A stretch of 58,646 nucleotides of DNA, taken from the NCBI GenBank assembly GCA_041685495.1, contig JAWLFR010000002.1, positions 17,019-75,664 on the forward strand, written 5' to 3'. The position numbers were made by a program, and so were the translations under genes. Origin of the DNA: Bacteroidales bacterium (GTDB taxonomy: Bacteria; Bacteroidota; Bacteroidia; Bacteroidales; VadinHA17). This document shows positions 10,259 to 19,532 of the stretch, piece by piece (the first letter of the stretch is position 1; the number at the start of each line of letters is the position of its first letter). The notes beneath the pieces were generated by a model, which searched no databases, was not told where the DNA came from, and saw only the letters and a program-made list of their open reading frames with translations.

Positions 10259-11608
10259 TTAATTCATCTCCTTTTCCATCTGGTCCAGTCCCTTACGGAT
10301 GATAGACTGTATCTCGGTTTTTGACGGACAGACAAATTCGCAGAGGGCAAAATCCTCCTCGGCCACCTCATAGATGCCGAGCTGCTCCATACGGTCAATA
10401 TCCTCCACCATTATTGATTTGATCAGTTGCATAGGATAGATATCCATAGGCAGCACTCTTTCATATTCACCCGTAACAACCAGGGCCCTGTTGCCTCCGT
10501 GCATGTTTGTATCCAGGCGATATCTTTTACCGGGCATCAGCCAGGTAAGGAAAGTGCGTGAGAGGCTGAATTTATTCAGTCCGGGTAATATCCACCCCAA
10601 AAATTCATAATAGTCACCTTCCGGTATTACGGTGAGGGTTGAGTCATAATAACCAATAAAGCCGTCGGCCTGTATCTTATGCCCTGTCAACACATTTCCG
10701 CTGATATACCTTACATTATCGGACACTATATTATCCTTTATAATCTTGCTTATGCATGCCCCTGTACGTGTACGGTAGTACCTTGGCTTTTCCACTTCGG
10801 ACCCTGCCAGTGCCACTATCCTGTCAGGAGCATATTTACCCTCCCTGAAAAGACGGCCCATAGCAACTATGTCCTGCAGGTTAACATGCCATATCACCTC
10901 CCCTTTATTCACCGGGTCAATATGGTGCATCTGTATGCCAACATTACCTGAAGGGTGAGGTCCTTTAAAGTAGTTGATCTCCACCCCCGGTGTGCTTTTC
11001 AGCAGGCTGGAGGTAGATATGCTGTTAAGATTGAGGTGAACCTTCCCGTCTGTAAGCTTCTTCAGTACTTTTATCCCGGTAAGGTAATCCTCTTTTGGCA
11101 GCAGCCCTATTATATAATCCAGGTCAGCTGCCAGCGGTGCAGTGTCATAGCCACTGATAAAAATTGATTTAGGCTTATCTTCAGGCCTGGCCACTGTATT
11201 ATAAGGCCTCTGCCGCACTGCAGGCCACAGGCCTGATTCAAGCAGTTTCTTCTTAATGGCGTCGGTCTCAAGCTTAGCGGGATCAGCCTTGCCAAAATCA
11301 ACATAATCATCACCTTTGGTTTCCAGCACCACCTCAAGGATACGGCGTCTTTCACCCCTGACAACATCCAGCACAACCCCGCTGGCAGGGGCTGTATACT
11401 TTATGTCCTCATTTTTCTTATCAAAAAACAGTGTTGTACCTGCCTTAACCTCAGCGCCGGGCTTAACAGTCATCTTAGGAACGAGTCCAGGGAAGTCAAC
11501 AGGCTTAACAGCGTACCTGTCAGGCTTCTCCCAGGGTATCAGGATTTTGTCAGCCTTCCCTTTCATCCTGATATCAAGCCCCTTACGTAATTTTATTTGT
11601 TTGGACAT
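10259..11608 (-). CDS. nqrA: Na+-NQR subunit A
   Basis: 449-aa soluble subunit with a typical NqrA N-terminus (IKLRKGLDIRMKGKA...VKAGTTLFFDKK). First gene of the operon. Confidence 0.95.
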   Translation of the reverse strand: MSKQIKLRKGLDIRMKGKADKILIPWEKPDRYAVKPVDFPGLVPKMTVKPGAEVKAGTTLFFDKKNEDIKYTAPASGVVLDVVRGERRRILEVVLETKGDDYVDFGKADPAKLETDAIKKKLLESGLWPAVRQRPYNTVARPEDKPKSIFISGYDTAPLAADLDYIIGLLPKEDYLTGIKVLKKLTDGKVHLNLNSISTSSLLKSTPGVEINYFKGPHPSGNVGIQMHHIDPVNKGEVIWHVNLQDIVAMGRLFREGKYAPDRIVALAGSEVEKPRYYRTRTGACISKIIKDNIVSDNVRYISGNVLTGHKIQADGFIGYYDSTLTVIPEGDYYEFLGWILPGLNKFSLSRTFLTWLMPGKRYRLDTNMHGGNRALVVTGEYERVLPMDIYPMQLIKSIMVEDIDRMEQLGIYEVAEEDFALCEFVCPSKTEIQSIIRKGLDQMEKEMN

Positions 11609-11706
11609 ACAGACTTATTTATAATATTAAAAACAACGCGAAATTAGTTTAATGTTATTTATTTAACATAGAATAATGACAAATATCATAATTTCCCAGA
11701 CCGTGA

Positions 11707-11714
11707 CAAAAATA
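11707..11714 (-). promoter_or_regulatory. Candidate -7 promoter box (TAnnTTTG) upstream of nqrA
   Basis: The minus strand reads TATTTTTG about 100 nt upstream of the nqrA ATG. Motif match only. Confidence 0.25.
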
Positions 11715-11776
11715 CCCTGCAGCTCTATGGAAGCTACTGCTGTATAACATATAAATTATTGATACAGCCTGTATAA

Positions 11777-12808
11777 TTACATGAGTCGCCTGAACCTCTT
11801 ATCTGTCCAGTCAACTATTTCACCTGTTTCTGACAGGAAAAGAATAATACTGGTAAAGTGATCAACCAGGCCTGCCATATTAACAAAATCAAATAAACCC
11901 GCCTCATCAGCCGGGCTGTGTATATAATCGGCAAAGGTAGTAGTGGCAAAGGTAGCGCCGGGTATCCCGGCATATGTCTCCCCTTCCCTTTCTACCCTTG
12001 CAAAAGATGCATTGTCTGACATATAGAACAGCCTGTTGGCTATCTCTATGGTATCAATAAGATTGTAACTGCCTCCCTTTTCCATCTCCTTTATAATCTC
12101 ATCGAGATTTGAATAGTCGCATCCCGACATATAATAATTACCCCTTCCCAGAAATTCAGAATGACCTGTCATCTCAAAATTCATATTGACAAAAACATTT
12201 TCCAGCGGAAAAGGCGGGTTAGCGGCTATATGTCCGGATCCTTTCAGTCCCATCTCTTCAGCGCTGACAGCTGCAAAGATTATTGAGCGTCCGGGCTTAA
12301 GCTGCTTTTCTTGTATTGTTCGTGCAATACCCAGCAGGGTACATGTACCGGCAGCATTATCATCGGCACCGTTATATATTGAATCGCCGCTGACAGGCCT
12401 GCCCACACCTACATGGTCGAAGTGTGCCGTAATAAGTATGTATTCATCTTTCAGTGCGGGATTGTTGCCTTCCAGTATGCCAATAACATTCCTCTCACTG
12501 ATCTCTTCACCCGATCTTGTCTGAAATGCGTATTTATGAATAAAGCCCTCATGTCCTTTCAGAGGTATTAATCCCGACTCCTCATACTGCGCTGCTATCC
12601 AGCCTGCTGCCTGTGTCATCTCGGGCGATCCGCTGGCCCGGCCCCTCATCTCATCAGATGCAAGGTATGATACCCACTCTTGCAGCTGTGCTGCTGTGAC
12701 TGAATGTACAGGTGGGGATTGTGCATGTATGATGCCTGTTGCCAGGATTTGCATTGCTGACAGTGCAGTCAGCAGGACCAGTTTTGTATATATCTTTTTG
12801 GCTGTCAT
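11777..12808 (-). CDS. M28 family metallopeptidase (aminopeptidase-like), secreted
   Basis: Signal peptide. Zn-ligand-type motifs are present: HFDHVG, DDNAAGT, SAEEMGLKGS. Confidence 0.8.
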   Translation of the reverse strand: MTAKKIYTKLVLLTALSAMQILATGIIHAQSPPVHSVTAAQLQEWVSYLASDEMRGRASGSPEMTQAAGWIAAQYEESGLIPLKGHEGFIHKYAFQTRSGEEISERNVIGILEGNNPALKDEYILITAHFDHVGVGRPVSGDSIYNGADDNAAGTCTLLGIARTIQEKQLKPGRSIIFAAVSAEEMGLKGSGHIAANPPFPLENVFVNMNFEMTGHSEFLGRGNYYMSGCDYSNLDEIIKEMEKGGSYNLIDTIEIANRLFYMSDNASFARVEREGETYAGIPGATFATTTFADYIHSPADEAGLFDFVNMAGLVDHFTSIILFLSETGEIVDWTDKRFRRLM

Positions 12809-12824
12809 CTAATTAAAAACATTG

Positions 12825-13787
12825 TTACTTATTATATATATTCCTGTCTGCAAGCAAGGCAGCACATATTTTCACTATTTCCCTGCAATATGTAAAATTA
12901 CAATTATCTGTAATATCATTCAAGCTGTGATACGAAGAATCATCAGCATCCTTAAAGAAAAACAGGGCAGGATAGCCATATTCTGAAAAGGAAAAACTGT
13001 CGCTGTACCTGTTCAGGCTGTTATCAGTATAGGTGTCCAGCATTGTATGCCGGGCGGCCAGTCGCATCGCATCATCAGGCAGCGTGGCTGAGTTATCATA
13101 ATCCATTATATTAACCTTCCATGAAGCCATATCGGTCGATGGTTCGTAAGCAATCATATCATTATTAAGCATCATCTTTATCTTAGCCTGCTCCCGGGCT
13201 GCTTTTATGCAATAATCGCGGCTGCCGTACAATCCCAGTTCCTCAGCTGCAAAGGCAATAAAAAGTATTGACCCTTCCGGCCTGAAATTATTTTCCTTCA
13301 TCACCCTGGCCATCTCCAGGGCTGCGGCCACACCGCTTGCATTATCATTGGCCCCCGGTGCGGACGTAAAAGGGTCACTGTCGCTGCCACCCAGTATATT
13401 GTCATAATGTCCTCCCATAATGGATAATGAGTCGGGATAAAGGCTCCCTTCAAGCCTTGCTATTACATTATATTGCCATAAGCTGTAATAGTTATCGCGA
13501 TAGGTACTTTCAAGAAGAAAGGAGTCGAGCCGGGCCGATGCATAGCCAAAGCTGATAAACTTTTCCTGTATTGCTACTGCCACTTCCCGCCTGTTATCCG
13601 CAAGGCAGAATCTTGTTCCCATATCCTCCATCCATTCTACATACGAATGCAGACTGTCAGCACTGATATCTTCCGTAAGACCCTGTATCAGGGCTTCCTT
13701 TACCTCGGCAAGGGTGGGCTCCTTTGTGCATGACCCGAGACCTGCAATAAGAAATGCTATAAAAAGAAGGAAGAATACCCTTTTCAT
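12825..13787 (-). CDS. M28 family metallopeptidase, lipoprotein
   Basis: Motifs GGHYDN, NDNASGV and AAEELGLYGS. I place the start at internal Met36 (MKRVFFLLFIAFLIAGLGSC, a lipoprotein signal) rather than at the ORF-track start of 13892. Confidence 0.8.
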   Translation of the reverse strand: MKRVFFLLFIAFLIAGLGSCTKEPTLAEVKEALIQGLTEDISADSLHSYVEWMEDMGTRFCLADNRREVAVAIQEKFISFGYASARLDSFLLESTYRDNYYSLWQYNVIARLEGSLYPDSLSIMGGHYDNILGGSDSDPFTSAPGANDNASGVAAALEMARVMKENNFRPEGSILFIAFAAEELGLYGSRDYCIKAAREQAKIKMMLNNDMIAYEPSTDMASWKVNIMDYDNSATLPDDAMRLAARHTMLDTYTDNSLNRYSDSFSFSEYGYPALFFFKDADDSSYHSLNDITDNCNFTYCREIVKICAALLADRNIYNK

Positions 13788-13938
13788 CGGCTTCAGTCTT
13801 TTACAAAAAGTAAATATAAGTAATATGTTTTTTATGAAGGCACTGAAGAGGGAGATATCTGAATAATCGGGTAATATGCTCGCGTAATTCACGTTATATT
13901 TATAATTTAGTATCCTGATAAATTATATAAGTTCACAT

Positions 13939-15222
13939 ATGAATGCAGCCTGCATAAAGTTTTTTCTGCCTGTATTACTTTTGGTCCATACCGGTCAGAG
14001 TCACGGACAGGATATAAGTGATGATCCCGGTTACAGACAGGGTGATATCAAATCAGTGCGGCTGCACCGGGAAGAATGGAACCTGTCATACCCTGTCATC
14101 ACACTTGGATCCGGTGAAAAGCTGGTTTTACATTTCGATCTGCTCGGGGATAATGATGAAACATATTATTACACTTTCACGCATTGCGACAAGGACTGGA
14201 ATCCGAGTGGCGTGTTTGAATCTGAATACCTGCAGGGCTTTGTTGAAAACCGGGTAGAGGATTACGATATGTCGTTTAACACCACCGTTAACTACACACA
14301 CTATAGTTTGAGCTTTCCCAACAGTGATGTCTCATTTAAGATTTCAGGCAATTATATTATCAGTGTTTATCCTTTTGGCGAGCCGGACAGGCCCATTGTT
14401 ACAAAACGGTTTATGGTGAGTGAGGATGAGGCTTCGGTAGATGCCACGACTGTACGGTCTAAGCTGACGGATTTTTATTCTACCGGGCAGCAGCTTGATT
14501 TCAGCGTTGATCATTCCGGTCTCAAGCTGCAGAACCCATATAATTATGTTTACAGCACCATACTCAAAAACGGCAGGTGGGATAATGCCAGGACTAACCT
14601 GAAGCCTGCATTCACAGGCAATAACAGGCTTGATTATAACAGTCTTTCGGATATCGGCGTCTTCCCCGGAGGCAGCGAATACAGGTATTTTGATATCAGG
14701 AGCCTGCGCTACCAGACCGAATATGTCAGGAAAATTGAGAATATAAACGGCTATTACCACGTACTGTTAAAAGAATCGGATAACAGGGCTGCACGAGGGT
14801 ATTTCTATCACCAGGATTTTAACGGCAAGTACTATATAGATCACCAGGAAGGTATCGACCCGCATACTGATGCTGACTATGTTTACGTATATTTCACCCT
14901 TCCTTCTGCTTTTCCCCTGGACCGTGATGTGTATGTCTTTGGTGAGCTGACGGACTGGGAGTTCAGTGAAAAGAACCGGATGGCATACAATACGGAGACT
15001 CATAGCTATGAATGCCGCCTGCTGCTTAAGCAGGGGTGGTATAATTATATATATGCTGTACCGGATGACAGACCCGGGACCTCAGTCTTCAGTGAGTTTG
15101 AAGGCGATCATTATGAAACGGAGAATGATTATATCATACTGGTCTATTACAGGGATCCGGGCGGCAGGTATGACCGCCTTATCGGCCATCATATACTTAA
15201 CAACTCAGGCAACAGGCCTTAG
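13939..15222 (+). CDS. DUF5103 / type IX secretion plug-like protein
   Basis: Signal peptide. The motifs HFDLLGDNDETYYYTFTHCDKDWNPS and SGNYIISVY match my recollection of the DUF5103 (T9SS plug first-domain) family. This call is recall-based. Confidence 0.6.
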   Translation: MNAACIKFFLPVLLLVHTGQSHGQDISDDPGYRQGDIKSVRLHREEWNLSYPVITLGSGEKLVLHFDLLGDNDETYYYTFTHCDKDWNPSGVFESEYLQGFVENRVEDYDMSFNTTVNYTHYSLSFPNSDVSFKISGNYIISVYPFGEPDRPIVTKRFMVSEDEASVDATTVRSKLTDFYSTGQQLDFSVDHSGLKLQNPYNYVYSTILKNGRWDNARTNLKPAFTGNNRLDYNSLSDIGVFPGGSEYRYFDIRSLRYQTEYVRKIENINGYYHVLLKESDNRAARGYFYHQDFNGKYYIDHQEGIDPHTDADYVYVYFTLPSAFPLDRDVYVFGELTDWEFSEKNRMAYNTETHSYECRLLLKQGWYNYIYAVPDDRPGTSVFSEFEGDHYETENDYIILVYYRDPGGRYDRLIGHHILNNSGNRP

Positions 15223-15293
15223 TGGCTGTGCCCTGATGCTGAAAAGCCGGAAGTATGTACCTGCTGGCATTAGCTGATGGACCGTAAGCTTTC

Positions 15294-15806
15294 TTAATGC
15301 TTTTTATGAACATCAACACCATACTGCATATAGATCGTATGCTGCAGTGTTTTTAATATCTCCGTCATATATTCCCTTACTGCTTTCACTGAGCCAGGCA
15401 ATGTGTATACCAGGCAGTTGCCCATTATCCCCGCCACTGAACGGCTGAGCAGTGCATTCGGTTTTTCCGATCCGTACTTAAGCCTTATATGATCCATGAT
15501 ACCCGGTATCTCAATATTTATAAGGTCCTTAACCACATCAACGGTTATGTCCCTGGGTCCAATGCCCGTTCCGCCGGTGGTAATAATAATATTATTATCC
15601 TGCGAATACTCATTAAGCAGCTGCCTGAGCCGTGCCCTGTCATCCGGGATGATGACGGTTTCTGTTTCCAGACTCCAGCTTATATCACTGAAATATTCCT
15701 TCAGCATTTTTTCTGCCTCCGGACCGCTGAGGTCATCATATTCTCCTTCTGCCGCCCTGTCTGACAGGGTTATAACCAGCGCTTTGAATGTACCTGGTAG
15801 TTTCAT
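15294..15806 (-). CDS. MogA/MoaB family molybdenum cofactor biosynthesis protein
   Basis: 170 aa, with ITLSDRAAEGEYDDLSGP and TTGGTGIGPRDIT motifs. Confidence 0.85.
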   Translation of the reverse strand: MKLPGTFKALVITLSDRAAEGEYDDLSGPEAEKMLKEYFSDISWSLETETVIIPDDRARLRQLLNEYSQDNNIIITTGGTGIGPRDITVDVVKDLINIEIPGIMDHIRLKYGSEKPNALLSRSVAGIMGNCLVYTLPGSVKAVREYMTEILKTLQHTIYMQYGVDVHKKH

Positions 15807-15865
15807 TTGTTTAAAGTTTTACAAAATAATGATGGGGACACGGAACTGCCCGTTTGCCCGTTTCA

Positions 15866-16312
15866 CTATTCCTTTATTTTTTCGAGTAAGCGGATATTAT
15901 TAATTACCATCTCCTTATCTACCGCCTTACACATATCATATACGGTGAGGAGTGCAACGGACACAGCTGTGAGGGCTTCCATCTCAACGCCTGTCCTGGC
16001 CCTGCATCTTGCCTCACACTCCACATTAACACCCGAAGCTGCGAGGCTGGCTGTTACGCTTATTTTATTCAGCATTATATTATGGCAAAGGGGTACCAGT
16101 TCAGATGTTCTTTTTGCAGCCTGCACGCCAGCTATCTCAGCCACGGTAAGGACATCACCCTTCTTCATAGCATTATTTTTTATCAACTCTACCGTGGCAG
16201 CTGACAGCTGTATTGATCCGGCGGCCCTGGCCGTCCGGGTACTCTCAGGTTTGCCACCCACATCAACCATTCGTGCACGGCCCTCGTCATCGGTATGTGT
16301 CAGTTCCTTCAT
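15866..16312 (-). CDS. moaC: Cyclic pyranopterin monophosphate synthase MoaC
   Basis: 148 aa, with KGDVLTVAEIAGVQAAKRTSELVPLCHNI and EMEALTAVSVALLTVYDMCKA. Confidence 0.95.
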   Translation of the reverse strand: MKELTHTDDEGRARMVDVGGKPESTRTARAAGSIQLSAATVELIKNNAMKKGDVLTVAEIAGVQAAKRTSELVPLCHNIMLNKISVTASLAASGVNVECEARCRARTGVEMEALTAVSVALLTVYDMCKAVDKEMVINNIRLLEKIKE

Positions 16313-16374
16313 AATTACAAAATTAAGATAAAAGACAGAAAGTCAAAGTATAAATTATAAAGCAGAATAAAGCC

Positions 16375-17178
16375 TCAGCCCCCTATATTATAAAACTCAC
16401 CCTTATGGTTTACCGTTCCGCAGGCAGGTTTATTCTGAACAGCCATAGCCAGGGCTTTTTCAGCGCCCAGCTCCCTGACATCATATTCATGGTCGCTGAA
16501 GAGGCATGGTTTTACCTTTCCGCTGGCTGTAAGCCTGAGCCTGTTACAGACAGAACAGTTACCGCCATCACCACCCTCCACCACGGTGAAATCGCCCCGA
16601 CCAAGGTCCATCTGCCTTATATACCTTATCTCCAGTCCTTTCTTCCTGGCATAATCACTTACCATCCTGGCATCGGGCTCATCTTTTGATTCATTTACCA
16701 CACAGTTTATCTTAACAGGTGTGAGTTTGGCCGACAGAGCAGCATCAATACCCCTCTTCACCTTCTCCAGCTCTCCACCCCTTGTTATCCACCGGTATTT
16801 ATGCGGGTCCATTGTGTCAAGGCTTACATTCACCCTTTGCAATCCGGCCCCGGCCAGTGGCAGGGCATACTTATCCAGCAGGGTACCATTGGTGGTAAGG
16901 GACAGATCTTTCAGCCCTTTTATCCCTGCCAGCATACCAACCAGCACGGGCAGTTCCTTACGCACCAGCGGTTCACCTCCTGTCAGCCTCACCTTATCTA
17001 TTCCCTTTGCAACGGCAAGCCTGACGAAGTCTGCTATCTCATCATAGCTAAGGATATCCTTATGGCTCATAAGCTTTATACCTTCGGCTGGCATGCAGTA
17101 CCGGCACCGGAGGTTACACCTGTCGGTCACTGATATCCTGAGGTAATTTATCTTCCTGTTATATCTGTCGTACATCAA
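16375..17178 (-). CDS. moaA: GTP 3',8-cyclase MoaA (compact 267-aa form)
   Basis: Radical-SAM CNLRCRYC cluster motif, second cluster CSVCNRLRLTASGKVKPC, and a C-terminal GG. It is shorter than the roughly 330-aa enterobacterial MoaA. It overlaps the moeA stop by 20 nt. Confidence 0.9.
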   Translation of the reverse strand: MMYDRYNRKINYLRISVTDRCNLRCRYCMPAEGIKLMSHKDILSYDEIADFVRLAVAKGIDKVRLTGGEPLVRKELPVLVGMLAGIKGLKDLSLTTNGTLLDKYALPLAGAGLQRVNVSLDTMDPHKYRWITRGGELEKVKRGIDAALSAKLTPVKINCVVNESKDEPDARMVSDYARKKGLEIRYIRQMDLGRGDFTVVEGGDGGNCSVCNRLRLTASGKVKPCLFSDHEYDVRELGAEKALAMAVQNKPACGTVNHKGEFYNIGG

Positions 17179-18331
17179 CCTCTGCTCCTTTCTTTATTTC
17201 ACTAAGACCCACCGGCACCTGCATTATACCGTATGCTTCAGGCAGCGCATTTATATGTGCCGACCCGTGGTATTCAACAGGGGCCACTGTATCGTCGCTG
17301 TTTAAACGTACGGGCACCCATGCTGTCCGGCCGGCCCTTTTGCGCGAATAGTTCTTTCCCAGTATATGCCTTCTTGCCTGTCTGTCACCGGTTCCTCCCA
17401 TAGCGGCCGTCATCATTGGCCTTACAATAAGCTCAAACTGTATAAAGGAAGATACAGGGTTGCCGGGCAGACCGAAGACAAGTGCATCATCATGCAGACC
17501 GAAGGTGGTGGGCTTGCCCGGCTGCACTGCTATGCGGTCAAACAATATTTTAACCCCTGCCTTTTCGAGGACCGCAGGCACCATATCAAAGTCGCCCATC
17601 GACACCCCGCCCGTGAGCAGCACTATATCACATTCACCGATGGCCTTTGTGACAAGGCTGTATGTCTCATCTTCATTATCGGGAGCTATACCGTAATACA
17701 CAGCCTCACCTCCTGCCCTCATAACCTGTGCTGTCAGCTGGTAAGCATTGCTGTTACGTATCTGCGAGGCTCCCGGCTTCCTGCCGGGTTCCACCAGCTC
17801 GCTGCCCGTGCTTATTACTGCCACGGCGGGCCTGCGGCCTACAGCTACCTCAACGGCTCCCACCGTTGCCATCACTGCTATATCCTGAGGCCTGGCCATG
17901 GAGCCCGCCTTTAATACTGTATCTCCCCTGCGAATATCTTCGCCGTGCTTTGCTATATTATCTTTACCGGCTTTGCCTGTAAACCTCACCTTTCCGTCCT
18001 TCTCCTCTGCCTCCTCAACCATAAAGACCCAGTCAGTGCCTTCAGGCATGGCTGCTCCTGTCATTATCTTAACACATTCGCCCTCTTCCACTTTCCCGGA
18101 GGCAGGCACGCCTGCAGGAATAACTTCATTTATTACCAGCTCACGTCCGAGGTCAGCCTTACGGCATGCGTAGCCGTCAACAGCTGTTTTATTGAAAGGA
18201 GGCATATCAATATCACTGATAATATCCTTTGCCAGTACGCGTCCGGGTGACTCCATAAACGGTATATATTCGACTCCTGTATGCCGTACATATTTCCCTG
18301 TTATTGCTATTGCTTCTTCGAATGGTATCAT
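17159..18331 (-). CDS. moeA: Molybdopterin molybdenum/tungsten transferase MoeA
   Basis: 390 aa. Motifs: PFNKTAVDGYA, LLTGGVSMGDFD, PGKPTTFG, GLPGNPVSS. Confidence 0.9.
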   Translation of the reverse strand: MIPFEEAIAITGKYVRHTGVEYIPFMESPGRVLAKDIISDIDMPPFNKTAVDGYACRKADLGRELVINEVIPAGVPASGKVEEGECVKIMTGAAMPEGTDWVFMVEEAEEKDGKVRFTGKAGKDNIAKHGEDIRRGDTVLKAGSMARPQDIAVMATVGAVEVAVGRRPAVAVISTGSELVEPGRKPGASQIRNSNAYQLTAQVMRAGGEAVYYGIAPDNEDETYSLVTKAIGECDIVLLTGGVSMGDFDMVPAVLEKAGVKILFDRIAVQPGKPTTFGLHDDALVFGLPGNPVSSFIQFELIVRPMMTAAMGGTGDRQARRHILGKNYSRKRAGRTAWVPVRLNSDDTVAPVEYHGSAHINALPEAYGIMQVPVGLSEIKKGAEVDVRQI

Positions 18332-18347
18332 TTTTCAACACATGTTT

Positions 18348-19388
18348 TTATATTATCTGCAGCTCCCCGGGAGGAAAGCACAAAAATACATATTTATTTA
18401 CCGCGGGCGACAATTCCTTTATCTCTTTCCGGCTTATAAGGACATGGAATATATCACCGGCATCCACGAATACTTCGTAGCCGCTCTCCGCCCTGTTAAT
18501 CTCCATTATTCTGCCTTTAATACAATTATCACAGTTCTTTTGTTGCTCTCCTTTCAGGCTTATTGCATCACTTCTTATCATCAGCAGGCCCTCACCTGGA
18601 TATTGACCTTCGGGGAGACTGAATTTATTAAAATCAGTCTCAGCTATATACCTTTCGTCACCACCTTTTATCTTAACACTGCAGAAGTTCCGTATCCCTG
18701 CAAAGCGGGCCACAAAGCTGTTGACGGGTTTTGAGAACACCTCATCAGGCTCGCCTGTCTGCAACACCCTGCCGTTATGAATAACCCCCACCCTGCTTGC
18801 CAGCCGTATGGCCTCACTATAGTCATGTGTAACATGCAGTATGGTTATGCCCATGTCATTGATCTTACGCAACAGCCTTCTCACATCATCGCGCAGGGTA
18901 GCGTCAATAGAAGCCATGGGCTCATCAAGCAATATTATCTCCGGTGAAGTAACCAGTGTCCTGGCCACGGCAATACGCTGTCTTTCACCACCAGACAGAT
19001 CATTTGTTTTACGGTTCAGAAGATGTGAGATATTGACGTTATCGGCCATCTCCCTGACCATGACATCGCTTACAGACCTGCTTAATTTTCTTATTTTAAG
19101 CGAATAGGCAATATTGTCATATACCGTCAGATGGGGGAAGATTGCGAAATCCTGAAATACCATTCCCGTTTTGCGCTTCTGTATCTTCTCATTTGTTATA
19201 TCCTTGCCCTTAAGGTAAATGCTGCCTGTATCAGGAGATCTCAGTCCGGCTATAAGCTCCAGCAGCTGCGATTTGCCGGCACCGGAGCGACCGAGAAGCA
19301 CAAAGTACTCCCCGTTTTTTATATCCAGGTTGATATCCCTGAGTGCAAAATCACCGTATACCTTTGATATATTCTTCAGTTCAAGCAT
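18348..19388 (-). CDS. ABC transporter ATP-binding protein (molybdate/tungstate type, with C-terminal TOBE-like extension)
   Basis: Walker A GRSGAGKS, signature LSGGERQR, Walker B ILLDEP. The context is permease + WtpA-like binding protein + Moco genes. Confidence 0.85.
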   Translation of the reverse strand: MLELKNISKVYGDFALRDINLDIKNGEYFVLLGRSGAGKSQLLELIAGLRSPDTGSIYLKGKDITNEKIQKRKTGMVFQDFAIFPHLTVYDNIAYSLKIRKLSRSVSDVMVREMADNVNISHLLNRKTNDLSGGERQRIAVARTLVTSPEIILLDEPMASIDATLRDDVRRLLRKINDMGITILHVTHDYSEAIRLASRVGVIHNGRVLQTGEPDEVFSKPVNSFVARFAGIRNFCSVKIKGGDERYIAETDFNKFSLPEGQYPGEGLLMIRSDAISLKGEQQKNCDNCIKGRIMEINRAESGYEVFVDAGDIFHVLISRKEIKELSPAVNKYVFLCFPPGELQII

Positions 19389-19532
19389 TTACTTTTCCTT
19401 TGACGTAATCCTTATTCCAGGCATTTACCTTCCGTTTGACATAATCCTAATTTCATCCATTTACCTTCCGTTTGACGTAATCTTCTTTTCAGGCATTTAC
19501 CTTCCGTTAGAGTTAATCTTCTTTATGCTGCT
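19389..19532 (-). repeat. Four phased 36-nt tandem copies of the permease-stop/ATPase-start junction (TAAATG)
   Basis: Minus-strand units end in ...AACGGAAGGTAA, each followed directly by ATG. Unit boundaries are 19497, 19461, 19425 and 19389. The repeat creates three 11-codon mini-ORFs: MPEKKITSNGR, MDEIRIMSNGR and MPGIRITSKEK. Confidence 0.9.

Noticed and set aside
19389-19532. CRISPR-like appearance of regularly spaced 36-nt repeats
   Set aside because: The units are contiguous with no spacers, there are only four copies, they lie in frame with flanking genes, and no cas genes are present. This is a tandem duplication, not CRISPR.
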